24,000 bases of DNA from Congzhengia sp. (GTDB lineage: Bacteria > Bacillota > Clostridia > UBA1381 > UBA9506): NCBI GenBank assembly GCA_045587965.1, contig JAZNDH010000001.1, forward strand, positions 7,165 to 31,164, read 5' to 3'. Shown in pieces: positions 1-6,215 of the stretch. The position numbers and the translations under genes are program-made. The notes under the pieces are model-generated. The model saw nothing but the letters and a program-made list of their open reading frames with translations. It made no database searches and was not told the origin of the DNA. Each line of letters starts with the position of its first letter. The stretch's first letter is position 1.

Positions 1-347
1 TCTTTCTTTGCCGTAGATGTGTCGACTGATGTGTCGACTGATGTGTCGTTTGTTGTGTCCTTTTGACACATCAAGGAAATAATTCTATACTTTCCCACGC
101 CATGGCCTTTACCTCGTTGATATTCAATGAAATTTTTCTCTATCAACTTATCTCTTGCTCTGATAAGAGCCTTATTTCCGCAGCCTAACATACTTTCAAG
201 TCGTCCGTTATCTACTTCTATCCACTCCGACCAATTACTCTTGTTTGCAAGGCACATCAATTTGTACCAAAGCAATTGAGCATTGCCTGTGAGCCGAACA
301 GTTTCGAGCGCACGCTCAAAGGCGTTAAGTTCAGCAATATAATTCAT
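1..347 (-). CDS. Phage replication-organizer / DnaD-like winged-helix protein, N-terminal part (3' end lies beyond the window edge)
   Basis: Absent from the ORF track because it runs off the window. Manual translation: ATG at 347-345, GAGG at 357-354 six nt upstream, then 115 codons open to position 1: MNYIAELNAFERALETVRLTGNAQLLWYKLMCLANKSNWSEWIEVDNGRLESMLGCGNKALIRARDKLIEKNFIEYQRGKGHGVGKYRIISLMCQKDTTNDTSVDTSVDTSTAKK. The LW..L...N...W.EW..V.N..L...G...I..AR..L...I.Y pattern recalls the N-terminal DNA-binding domain of phage DnaD-like replication initiators. Family assignment is from memory only. Confidence 0.5.
   Translation of the reverse strand, partial: MNYIAELNAFERALETVRLTGNAQLLWYKLMCLANKSNWSEWIEVDNGRLESMLGCGNKALIRARDKLIEKNFIEYQRGKGHGVGKYRIISLMCQKDTTNDTSVDTSVDTSTAKK
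16..72. repeat. Tandem 12-nt direct repeats (GATGTGTCGACT) with an inverted copy of the core
   Basis: GATGTGTCGACT at 16-27 and 28-39. Truncated copy GATGTGTCGT at 40-49, degenerate GTTGTGTCC at 52-60, inverted core GACACATC at 65-72. Read directly from the sequence. Confidence 0.8.
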
Positions 348-355
348 AATTTACC

Positions 356-682
356 TCATCTATAAGTACATTGTTTTTTACAATTACATTTTCTACAAAT
401 CGCAGCAAGATTTTCTTCCTGATTTAATCCTTTATACGGATACTTATTTAAGGCGTACAAATAAACAGAAATAATGTGGTCTACTTGTAAATCGTCTGTA
501 CTTCCGCATAGATAACATTTTCCGTTGTATTTTTGAAATATGTAATCTCTTACATCCTTACGCTTAATAAAACCGGAACTTGAATTTCTTAATGCCTTAT
601 ACCGTATTTTAAAATCAGATGCTTCAAACTTTGATGCGGTTCTTATTTGTGGTTTCCATGTAGGGAATGCCACCTTAAACAC
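356..682 (-). CDS. HNH endonuclease (phage)
   Basis: 108-aa ORF with an HNH core: CYLCGSTDDLQVDHIISV ... NQEENLAAICRKCNCKK (CxxC, DH, N, CxxC). The stop lies 9 nt before the next minus-strand start. Confidence 0.8.
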   Translation of the reverse strand: MFKVAFPTWKPQIRTASKFEASDFKIRYKALRNSSSGFIKRKDVRDYIFQKYNGKCYLCGSTDDLQVDHIISVYLYALNKYPYKGLNQEENLAAICRKCNCKKQCTYR

Positions 683-685
683 TCC

Positions 686-1324
686 TTATAATTTTAATTT
701 CTTAACAAGATACTCATCCAACGGTATGCCGTATATGTGATACTTTGCAAAGAATCCATATTCGTCATTGTGTGCCTGGTTGTGATGTTTTCTGCAAAGT
801 GCTATTGCTTTTCTTCCTACATTGTCGATTTTGTTTCGGTTAAATCCCATACCGACACGGGAACCTTCGCAATGATGTATTTCGGCTTTTGCATTACATA
901 CTGCACACTTTCTGTTTGCGATACAGGAATATAAATACCTGCTTATATCGTCTGTTTGATTTAAGAGAGTATCTCGTGTGCCTATATTGTTTTCAAAGCA
1001 AAAATCAATAAGATATGATATAAATTCCCTTGCCTCTGATACCGTGCAGTCTGATAAACTGAAATACTCAGCGCCGTACCTTGCTATGTAAAAATACTTT
1101 TGGATTTCCTTTTCATACTCAGGAAGGTTTCCTGTAAATTCTGTAATGTCAGAAAGTATCGCATATGCTTTCTTTCGTTGCTCGGCGTTGATGGTTCTGC
1201 CATCGTCAAACCGCACAAGACACTTATCTATTTTTTGTTTTTCTAAAAGGTAAGGAGATACAGGAGCAACGATTATGGCCTGATTGTCCTTGACCTTGTA
1301 TATGCTGCCTACTTCTTCATACAT
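686..1324 (-). CDS. Putative HNHc-type nuclease (DUF968 / HNHc_6-like phage protein)
   Basis: C-terminal CAVCNAKAEIHHCEGSRVGMGFNRNKIDNVGRKAIALCRKHHNQAH (CxxC..HH..N..C..HH..H). Start moved from the track start to ATG 1324-1322: AGGTGG lies 5 nt upstream, and ATGTATGA overlaps the stop of the upstream MBL gene. Confidence 0.6.
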   Translation of the reverse strand: MYEEVGSIYKVKDNQAIIVAPVSPYLLEKQKIDKCLVRFDDGRTINAEQRKKAYAILSDITEFTGNLPEYEKEIQKYFYIARYGAEYFSLSDCTVSEAREFISYLIDFCFENNIGTRDTLLNQTDDISRYLYSCIANRKCAVCNAKAEIHHCEGSRVGMGFNRNKIDNVGRKAIALCRKHHNQAHNDEYGFFAKYHIYGIPLDEYLVKKLKL

Positions 1325-1967
1325 CCCTGCCACCTTCCTTGTGCTGGTGTAAATATACATATAGGCTTCTGCCACCTGCATTCTCTGCAATAAAATCATC
1401 ACATTGTTTTTGGGATAAATGTGTGTTTACAACTCGTTTTTCATAAGAGAATGCCCCAGTTTGTTCTTTTTCTTCTATCCTGGCACTTATATCATCATCT
1501 GTATAATTGGCTTCTAATAGGTAAAGGTCATAGTCCTTTGCAACAATACCGCTTAAATGCTTAGTATCTGTTGCATATAGCACCTTTCCACCTTCCAAAA
1601 ATAAGCGATAGCCACAGTTTGGAACATCATGGTATAATTTGACAGGCGAAATTTTAAAAGAGCCATAATCGTATATTTTGCCTATTTCATACACATCAAT
1701 ATTTCTCTTATTGATACCTGTATCAACTAAAGCCTGTACCAACCATTCGCAACAACCTATTCTTAATGTCGGTCTTTCCGCTGAAAGCCTTTTGATTGTT
1801 TGTATGTAAAAGTGGTCCTTATGCCTATGTGTAAGCAACAGCAATTTTAAATCCTTGTAATTGTCCTTAAGCGTCCTGAAAGGAACGCCGCAATCAATCA
1901 TTATAAAATTGTCAATTATAACGGCGTTCCCCTTAGAACCACTTGCTAAAATTCTGTAGTCAATCAT
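1317..1967 (-). CDS. MBL-fold metallo-hydrolase (phage-encoded)
   Basis: 216 aa with the HxHxDH motif (LLLTHRHKDH) after an N-terminal GNAVIIDNFIMIDCG strand-loop typical of the metallo-beta-lactamase fold. Its ATG overlaps the RecT stop (ATGA at 1964-1967). Confidence 0.8.
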   Translation of the reverse strand: MIDYRILASGSKGNAVIIDNFIMIDCGVPFRTLKDNYKDLKLLLLTHRHKDHFYIQTIKRLSAERPTLRIGCCEWLVQALVDTGINKRNIDVYEIGKIYDYGSFKISPVKLYHDVPNCGYRLFLEGGKVLYATDTKHLSGIVAKDYDLYLLEANYTDDDISARIEEKEQTGAFSYEKRVVNTHLSQKQCDDFIAENAGGRSLYVYLHQHKEGGRDV

Positions 1968-2911
1968 ATATCATCAAGAGAGACAGAGGGTGCATCATCA
2001 GAAGTATCAGCAAGTCCATCCTTTGTTTCAACAACAGTTGGCTCTTCCTGTGGAATAATCACTTCATCATCAAAAGATGGATTTTCAACATATTCAACCG
2101 TGCTGTCATCATTGATAACGCCCATATCCTTAACGAATGCTTCTTGTAAATCTACGGACATTATTCCCCATTTAGATATGAGCTGACGGAGCATCGTTTT
2201 ATATGCCATTCCGTCAAAGTCCTTATACCAAAAAGAAGAATATAACCAAGCATCTTCCGGCGGATAATTTCCCTTTTCAAACTCTTCAAAGGAAACCTTT
2301 GTAATGGTTTTTCCATTGCTTTTAAATGTGCTGCCATTAAGTGAAAACGCCTGTGAATATTTATCTGCATGGCACATCATTTTCTTTTTAGACCAATAAA
2401 GAGCTTTTCTAAATCCGTTGTGATATTCAAACATTGCATAATATCCAATGGTATTTGCTTTTTCTCTCTGTTCTTCATCGTCTATCAGATTAACCTGTAT
2501 TTCTTCCTCCAACGGGTCATACTTTATAAGTTCGCCTTCCTTGATTGAAAGAACATTTATTTTTCTGTAATGGCCCGAGCGCATCGCAAGTTGTAGATAA
2601 CCTTTATATCCTAATTGGAACTGCGCCACCTTACAATCACGCTTTTTATCATTGAAAGGCACTAAATAATACTGACCAAGCTGAGGCGAAGGAGAAAGAT
2701 TTAAGCTCTCGCCCAGGAGTGCCGCATTAACGATTGTTCCTGTATCACATTCTTGCAAAGAAGGATTAGTTGATACTGCAGAAATAATTGACGATGTAAA
2801 GCTCCTTGCTCTGTTCGGGTCTTGTAATGTGTTGTTGATTGCCTTTTGAAACTTAGATTGTGTTATCATCACATCAAATCTCGGTTTCTGCGCTGTTTGA
2901 ATATTACTCAT
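1964..2911 (-). CDS. recT: RecT-family single-strand annealing recombinase
   Basis: Contains YLVPF, FQLGYKGYLQLAMRSG and other RecT-like blocks. The track start at 2923 is GTG. ATG at 2911 has AAAGGTGG 8 nt upstream and overlaps the upstream stop (ATGAGTAA). Confidence 0.85.
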   Translation of the reverse strand: MSNIQTAQKPRFDVMITQSKFQKAINNTLQDPNRARSFTSSIISAVSTNPSLQECDTGTIVNAALLGESLNLSPSPQLGQYYLVPFNDKKRDCKVAQFQLGYKGYLQLAMRSGHYRKINVLSIKEGELIKYDPLEEEIQVNLIDDEEQREKANTIGYYAMFEYHNGFRKALYWSKKKMMCHADKYSQAFSLNGSTFKSNGKTITKVSFEEFEKGNYPPEDAWLYSSFWYKDFDGMAYKTMLRQLISKWGIMSVDLQEAFVKDMGVINDDSTVEYVENPSFDDEVIIPQEEPTVVETKDGLADTSDDAPSVSLDDI

Positions 2912-3821
2912 AGTCATAACCACCTTTTACTAAAAATTCTTTTAATTCCCTTAACTTGCTCTTTGGAGCAGTTACCTTAAATGCAAGTGTTAAGGTTGGG
3001 TCGTCTTCCACTTCCTTTGGCGGTGCAAGTTCTTCGACCTTATGTACCGCATCGGCCACAGCTTGTTCTCTTTCGGCTTTTGTGGTTGCATCAGCCTTTG
3101 CCTGGTCGATAGCCTTGTGTCGCTCACAAACATCAGTTATGCTTTTAGCAAGATTAAGCGACTTTTTGTATTCATACATTATTTCATCACAATACTCTTG
3201 TGTGTTGATAAGTCTTACTTCACTTGCAACCTTGTCCAAGAAATCGACACACTGTTTTTTTAAACTCTTAAGACTTGCCGACAATGTTATATTGATATTT
3301 GCCATACTGAATTTAACAAAATCAATATCAAGCGACTCTGCATATTCATTAAAATATGCCTCTACTTCCATTTCTTTAGACGCCTTAATTTCATCTTCTA
3401 CATTAGCTATCTTTTCTTTCAGTCGAGCGTCCGCACCCTTGTATATGTTAGATATACACTCTTTGTACTTTTCTTCGAACTGATTATACGGAAGCATAAT
3501 AGCCTCTTTAATCTGCTTACGCTGAGTTTCCATCTCATTAAACTCGGCATTTAGCTTTGAACGCTCGTTTTTTACACTTTTTACTGTGTCTTCTGTACAA
3601 GCAAGGCTTAATGCCACTTCTACACGATTTTCAATATCTGCCTTAATCATCTGCAGTCGCTCTTCTATAATAGGCAACTGCACAAGACTTATAATAGCCG
3701 TTTCTTCCTGTGGAGCTTCTTCTGATACAGTTTCTTCCTTTGGTTGTAGTTGACAATCGCAAGTTTCGGCTGCATCTAAATTCGCCCCACAAATGGGGCA
3801 TTTGTATTTATTTTCGTACAT
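2904..3821 (-). CDS. DUF1351-like phage protein with N-terminal zinc ribbon
   Basis: N-terminus YKCPICGANLDAAETCDC (CxxC...CxC). The long coiled-coil region LPIIEERLQMIKADIENRV...ERSKLNAEFNEMETQRKQIKEAIMLPYNQFEEKYKE matches my recollection of the DUF1351 pattern found upstream of phage SSAP genes. RBS AGAGGT lies 7 nt before ATG 3821. Confidence 0.55.
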   Translation of the reverse strand: MYENKYKCPICGANLDAAETCDCQLQPKEETVSEEAPQEETAIISLVQLPIIEERLQMIKADIENRVEVALSLACTEDTVKSVKNERSKLNAEFNEMETQRKQIKEAIMLPYNQFEEKYKECISNIYKGADARLKEKIANVEDEIKASKEMEVEAYFNEYAESLDIDFVKFSMANINITLSASLKSLKKQCVDFLDKVASEVRLINTQEYCDEIMYEYKKSLNLAKSITDVCERHKAIDQAKADATTKAEREQAVADAVHKVEELAPPKEVEDDPTLTLAFKVTAPKSKLRELKEFLVKGGYDYE

Positions 3822-3833
3822 AGTTATTACCTC

Positions 3834-3862
3834 TTGATTTTTCGAATAATTTGTGGTATAAT
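3834..3862 (+). promoter_or_regulatory. Near-consensus sigma-A promoter on the plus strand, antisense to the early lytic operon
   Basis: TTGATT (3834-3839), 17-nt spacer, TGG-TATAAT (3854-3862, extended -10). Read directly. Confidence 0.5.
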
Positions 3863-3868
3863 ATAGCT

Positions 3869-3967
3869 ATCAATTTTCCTAACACGCTAATGGAATATTG
3901 TTAAAAATTCTCTTTTTAATTAATTTTCGAGAAGAAAGTCTGCGCCAACAGGCTTTCTTTTCTTTTT
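3869..3967 (+). ncRNA. Candidate ~100-nt antisense small RNA defined by a promoter-terminator pair
   Basis: Predicted start about 7 nt after the -10 box at 3857-3862. A plus-strand intrinsic terminator ends at about 3967. There is no plausible ORF inside (only ATGGAATATTGTTAA). It is antisense to the 3' end of the 3920-4249 gene and the intergenic spacer of the early operon. Confidence 0.3.
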
Positions 3968-4249
3968 GTGCTTTTTTAAGCCTAGTTTCGCTCTTATCGT
4001 GCCTACACTTGAAGGTTTCATTCCTATAAGCGTTGCTATTTCTTCGTCGTCTTTGCCTTCGTTGTAAAGATACGATATGCTTTGGCGCTTTTCTTCGGGC
4101 GTGTCAGCTCTTAAAACCTTTACACCACATTGTTCCAAAACATTTTCAATTTCTTTTTTTGAGCACAAATTCATATCTGCTAAAATCTGCACTTGCTCGA
4201 CTTTGTTCTTGGCATGTCTATAATCACGCACTATCTCGAAGTCGCTCAT
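3920..4249 (-). CDS. Small phage DNA-binding protein (two HTH-like segments), function unknown
   Basis: The track ORF begins with TTG at 4255; the first ATG is at 4249 (MSDFEIVRDY...). The segment EEIATLIGMKPSSVGTIRAKLGLKK looks like a sigma-70 region-4 / HTH and is followed by a basic tail. Confidence 0.45.
   Translation of the reverse strand: MSDFEIVRDYRHAKNKVEQVQILADMNLCSKKEIENVLEQCGVKVLRADTPEEKRQSISYLYNEGKDDEEIATLIGMKPSSVGTIRAKLGLKKHKKKRKPVGADFLLEN
3931..3967 (+). terminator. Rho-independent terminator (plus-strand orientation) embedded in the 3' end of a minus-strand CDS
   Basis: Stem AGAAAGTCTG (3933-3942) / CAGGCTTTCT (3949-3958), one G-T pair, 6-nt loop CGCCAA, followed by TTTCTTTTTG. 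The minus-strand reading has no T-run after the hairpin. Confidence 0.5.
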
Positions 4250-4442
4250 TTTCAAGTTCTATCAACTCCTCACATTGTTCACAATATTTGTGGTACGGCT
4301 CCTTCATATTTCCGCACTCGCAGTATTCAGCCACGTCAAAATTCGTGTGGCAGCAGGGACTACCTGTAAATCTTTGTCCGTAGTCTTCAGTCCATTCATA
4401 AGGAACATCGAAAACTTGTCCACATTCAGAACACCGATACAC
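4224..4442 (-). CDS. Small Cys-rich (zinc-ribbon-like) phage protein
   Basis: Contains CSECG...CCH...CECG...CEQC. AGGGAG at 4456-4451 favours GTG 4442 (8-nt spacing) over the track start at 4451. Confidence 0.4.
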   Translation of the reverse strand: MYRCSECGQVFDVPYEWTEDYGQRFTGSPCCHTNFDVAEYCECGNMKEPYHKYCEQCEELIELENERLRDSA

Positions 4443-4454
4443 AATCAACACTCC

Positions 4455-4694
4455 CTACTGATATATGTACTTGTAAACAACTTCACGAGTAACAGGCACT
4501 TTTACACGATTGTTTTCAGGACTTGTTTCGCGCACGATTTCGTATGTATGATACTCGACTACTCTCGGCTCTAATCCGTTGTGTGCATTCATAAATTTCA
4601 CAAACAGAATTACCAACACTATCCATACGATGATTTGTACCACATCTGCAAAAGTTTTGAACCTTTTGGGCTTTACTACTCTATATACTTTCAT
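4455..4694 (-). CDS. Small phage membrane protein (one TM helix)
   Basis: ATG 4694 is preceded by GGAGGTGG (4707-4700): MKVYRVVKPKRFKTFADVVQIIVWIVLVILFVKF... The track start at 4742 has no RBS. Confidence 0.45.
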   Translation of the reverse strand: MKVYRVVKPKRFKTFADVVQIIVWIVLVILFVKFMNAHNGLEPRVVEYHTYEIVRETSPENNRVKVPVTREVVYKYIYQ

Positions 4695-4834
4695 TTTTCC
4701 ACCTCCTCGATGGTGCATCTGAATCCCTGGCGCTCCCACCATTTTTTCTCGTGTTCTGCCCTTTCCCGAGAATAGAAATAATATGTTCCCCTCGTGTACC
4801 AGGTTGCATTCACGGTTAGTTTGTATTCATACAT
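4691..4834 (-). CDS. Small hypothetical phage protein (47 aa, below the ORF-track cutoff)
   Basis: Manual translation: AAGGAGGTGA (4850-4841), then ATG 4834: MYEYKLTVNATWYTRGTYYFYSRERAEHEKKWWERQGFRCTIEEVEK. The stop overlaps the next start (ATGA at 4691-4694), so it fills the gap in the operon exactly. Confidence 0.4.
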   Translation of the reverse strand: MYEYKLTVNATWYTRGTYYFYSRERAEHEKKWWERQGFRCTIEEVEK

Positions 4835-4849
4835 AGTCGCTCACCTCCT

Positions 4850-5062
4850 TTAATCGTTCTCTTTGGCAAGTTTCAAATCTTGTGCGGTAAGATATGCTTC
4901 CAAACGCGTATCAATTATAAATATTCTGTCAACATCGCCTTCTGCCACGAAACCTATAGGCAGTGTACCGTTTAAGATAGCTCCTTTTATTTTCTGTTGT
5001 GTGGTATGAAACATCTTTGCCACGTCTTCAGCTTTCAGTAATTTAAAATCAAAAGTCTCCAT
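4850..5062 (-). CDS. Excisionase-family / HTH_17-like DNA-binding protein
   Basis: LLKAEDVAKMFHTTQQKIKGAILNGTLP is a MerR/Xis-type HTH. The track start at 5071 is GTG abutting the RBS. ATG 5062 lies 8 nt after GAAAGGAAG. Confidence 0.5.
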   Translation of the reverse strand: METFDFKLLKAEDVAKMFHTTQQKIKGAILNGTLPIGFVAEGDVDRIFIIDTRLEAYLTAQDLKLAKEND

Positions 5063-5169
5063 ATTGGTCACTTCCTTTCGTTGTTCCCTTGCCTAATTAT
5101 GTCTGGCCGCCAAAAGTATAGAGATGTGTTGCTAAATTGAACCGGTTAAGCAAAGTTTTGTCTTTCATA

Positions 5170-5376
5170 CTATAAGGAGATGATAATGCAAGAAATTAAA
5201 ACCTCTCTGTCGATTGACGACCATACATAATTAGGCAAGAACATTTTATTTTTAAAACTCCTGGTTACCAACCTTATTAGTAGCCGTGTTAAAATGGTTG
5301 TCGCCACTGATATTAGAATGGTGTACCAGTTTTCTCGAAAAAATTTTCTGATAATATCTCCTTCTTGCCGTTTCAT
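5170..5376 (-). CDS. Doubtful small ORF (possible membrane peptide)
   Basis: 68-aa ORF with a hydrophobic stretch (WYTILISVATTILTRLLIRLV) but no recognisable RBS. Its ATG lies inside the 18-nt repeat at 5369-5386, so the region may be regulatory rather than coding. Confidence 0.25.
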   Translation of the reverse strand: MKRQEGDIIRKFFRENWYTILISVATTILTRLLIRLVTRSFKNKMFLPNYVWSSIDREVLISCIIISL

Positions 5377-5386
5377 TTTTGGGACA
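5369..5386. repeat. 18-nt perfect direct repeat, copy 1 (CGTTTCATTTTTGGGACA), candidate distal operator
   Basis: Identical to 5606-5623, 237 bp away. The two copies bracket the Cro-like gene. Confidence 0.85.
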
Positions 5387-5387
5387 G

Positions 5388-5591
5388 TTAGCGCAAAAAA
5401 ATATCCACTTTGTCATTATTGTTATGTATTTTTAGCACATCACAGAAAAGAAGAGCGTCATCTACAGTGATTTTTGTAGTTCCGTTCAACTTCTTTCCCA
5501 TTGCCTGAACACTAATGCCAAAGCGGTCTGCAAGTTCTTTTCTTTTAATTTCAGCTTCTGCAATTTTGCCATTTAATTTTCGCAAATTCAT
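5388..5591 (-). CDS. Cro-like / DUF739-type phage transcriptional regulator
   Basis: 67 aa; KRKELADRFGISVQAMGKKLNGTTKITVDDALLF is an XRE-like HTH. It is the first gene of the leftward operon, divergent from the repressor. AAGGAG lies 8 nt before ATG 5591. Confidence 0.65.
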   Translation of the reverse strand: MNLRKLNGKIAEAEIKRKELADRFGISVQAMGKKLNGTTKITVDDALLFCDVLKIHNNNDKVDIFLR

Positions 5592-5605
5592 ACTTTCAAC
5601 TCCTT

Positions 5606-5623
5606 CGTTTCATTTTTGGGACA
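5606..5623. repeat. 18-nt perfect direct repeat, copy 2, at the predicted start of the lytic transcript (candidate operator)
   Basis: CGTTTCATTTTTGGGACA at 5606-5623. It lies immediately upstream of the Cro RBS and downstream of the -10 box at 5629-5634. Confidence 0.85.
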
Positions 5624-5628
5624 CTTTG

Positions 5629-5657
5629 ATAATATCACATTAAACTTCTATTGTCAA
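5629..5657 (-). promoter_or_regulatory. Early lytic promoter (leftward)
   Basis: Minus strand: TTGACA (5657-5652), 17-nt spacer, TGA-TATTAT (5637-5629, extended -10). Confidence 0.6.
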
Positions 5658-5697
5658 CCCATTTTTGAAACTTTTTTTGATTTTTTTAAAAAATGTG

Positions 5698-5726
5698 TTG
5701 CAATTTTGAAACTTTTGGTTTAAAAT
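5698..5726 (+). promoter_or_regulatory. Lysogenic (repressor) promoter (rightward) with an embedded operator-like repeat
   Basis: TTGCAA (5698-5703), 17-nt spacer, TAAAAT (5721-5726). The spacer contains TTTTGAAACTTTT (5704-5716), a perfect copy of 5663-5675, which lies just outside the -35 of the lytic promoter. Confidence 0.55.
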
Positions 5727-5747
5727 AGTATCAAAGGATGTGACGAT

Positions 5748-6179
5748 ATGAACATAAATTTGAAACTCAAGAACGCAAGAATAGAAAAAGGACTAAGCCT
5801 TTCTGAACTTTCATCGCTGACAGGCATCGCAAAATCAACATTACAGAGATACGAAACAGGCTCTACTAAAAAAATTCCTATAGAATCGATTTCCCTCTTA
5901 GAAAAACATCTGCATCTTACCCCTGGTTATCTTATGGGATGGGATGAAGAAACGCCTGCAATAAAGCCTGTAGAACACAAGCTCACAGATAATGAAAAAG
6001 TATTCTTAGAAGAAATAAATGACTTAACAGAAGAAGAGCAACAGAAAGTATTAGATTTTATACACTTTACAAAGTCGCAGAGAACAAGGAGAATAAATCT
6101 TTCTCCCGGAACAGAGCTTGCAGCATTCGGCGGCGACTTCGTAAGCAAACCCAAAAAGAAGAAACCCGAGATTTTATAA
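5748..6179 (+). CDS. XRE-family phage repressor (CI / ImmR-like, no S24 peptidase domain)
   Basis: N-terminal HTH_3: LKNARIEKGLSLSELSSLTGIAKSTLQRYETG. Divergent from the cro-like gene and followed by an ImmA-type protease gene. Confidence 0.8.
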   Translation: MNINLKLKNARIEKGLSLSELSSLTGIAKSTLQRYETGSTKKIPIESISLLEKHLHLTPGYLMGWDEETPAIKPVEHKLTDNEKVFLEEINDLTEEEQQKVLDFIHFTKSQRTRRINLSPGTELAAFGGDFVSKPKKKKPEIL

Positions 6180-6185
6180 TTAAGT

Positions 6186-6200
6186 ACACAATAGTAGTCC
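6186..6200. repeat. 15-bp perfect inverted repeat, left arm (ACACAATAGTAGTCC)
   Basis: Reverse complement of 6938-6952. It lies in the 36-nt gap between the repressor stop and the ImmA start. Confidence 0.8.
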
Positions 6201-6215
6201 GGGAAGGACTTACTA

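Noticed and set aside
2956-3483. 175-aa and 73-aa plus-strand ORFs antisense to the DUF1351 gene
   Set aside because: Their Ser/Leu/Ala-rich low-complexity translation is typical of the antisense frame of a Lys/Glu-rich gene. They have no RBS and are fully contained in a well-supported minus-strand CDS. The same reasoning applies to 737-934, 1943-2149, 2161-2370, 4033-4383, 4275-4574 and 4581-4775.
5180-5230. Plus-strand mini-ORF with AAGGAG RBS (MIMQEIKTSLSIDDHT or MQEIKTSLSIDDHT), antisense to the doubtful 5170-5376 ORF
   Set aside because: It is too short to evaluate and no promoter was found. It was noted only because it further weakens confidence in coding capacity on either strand here.
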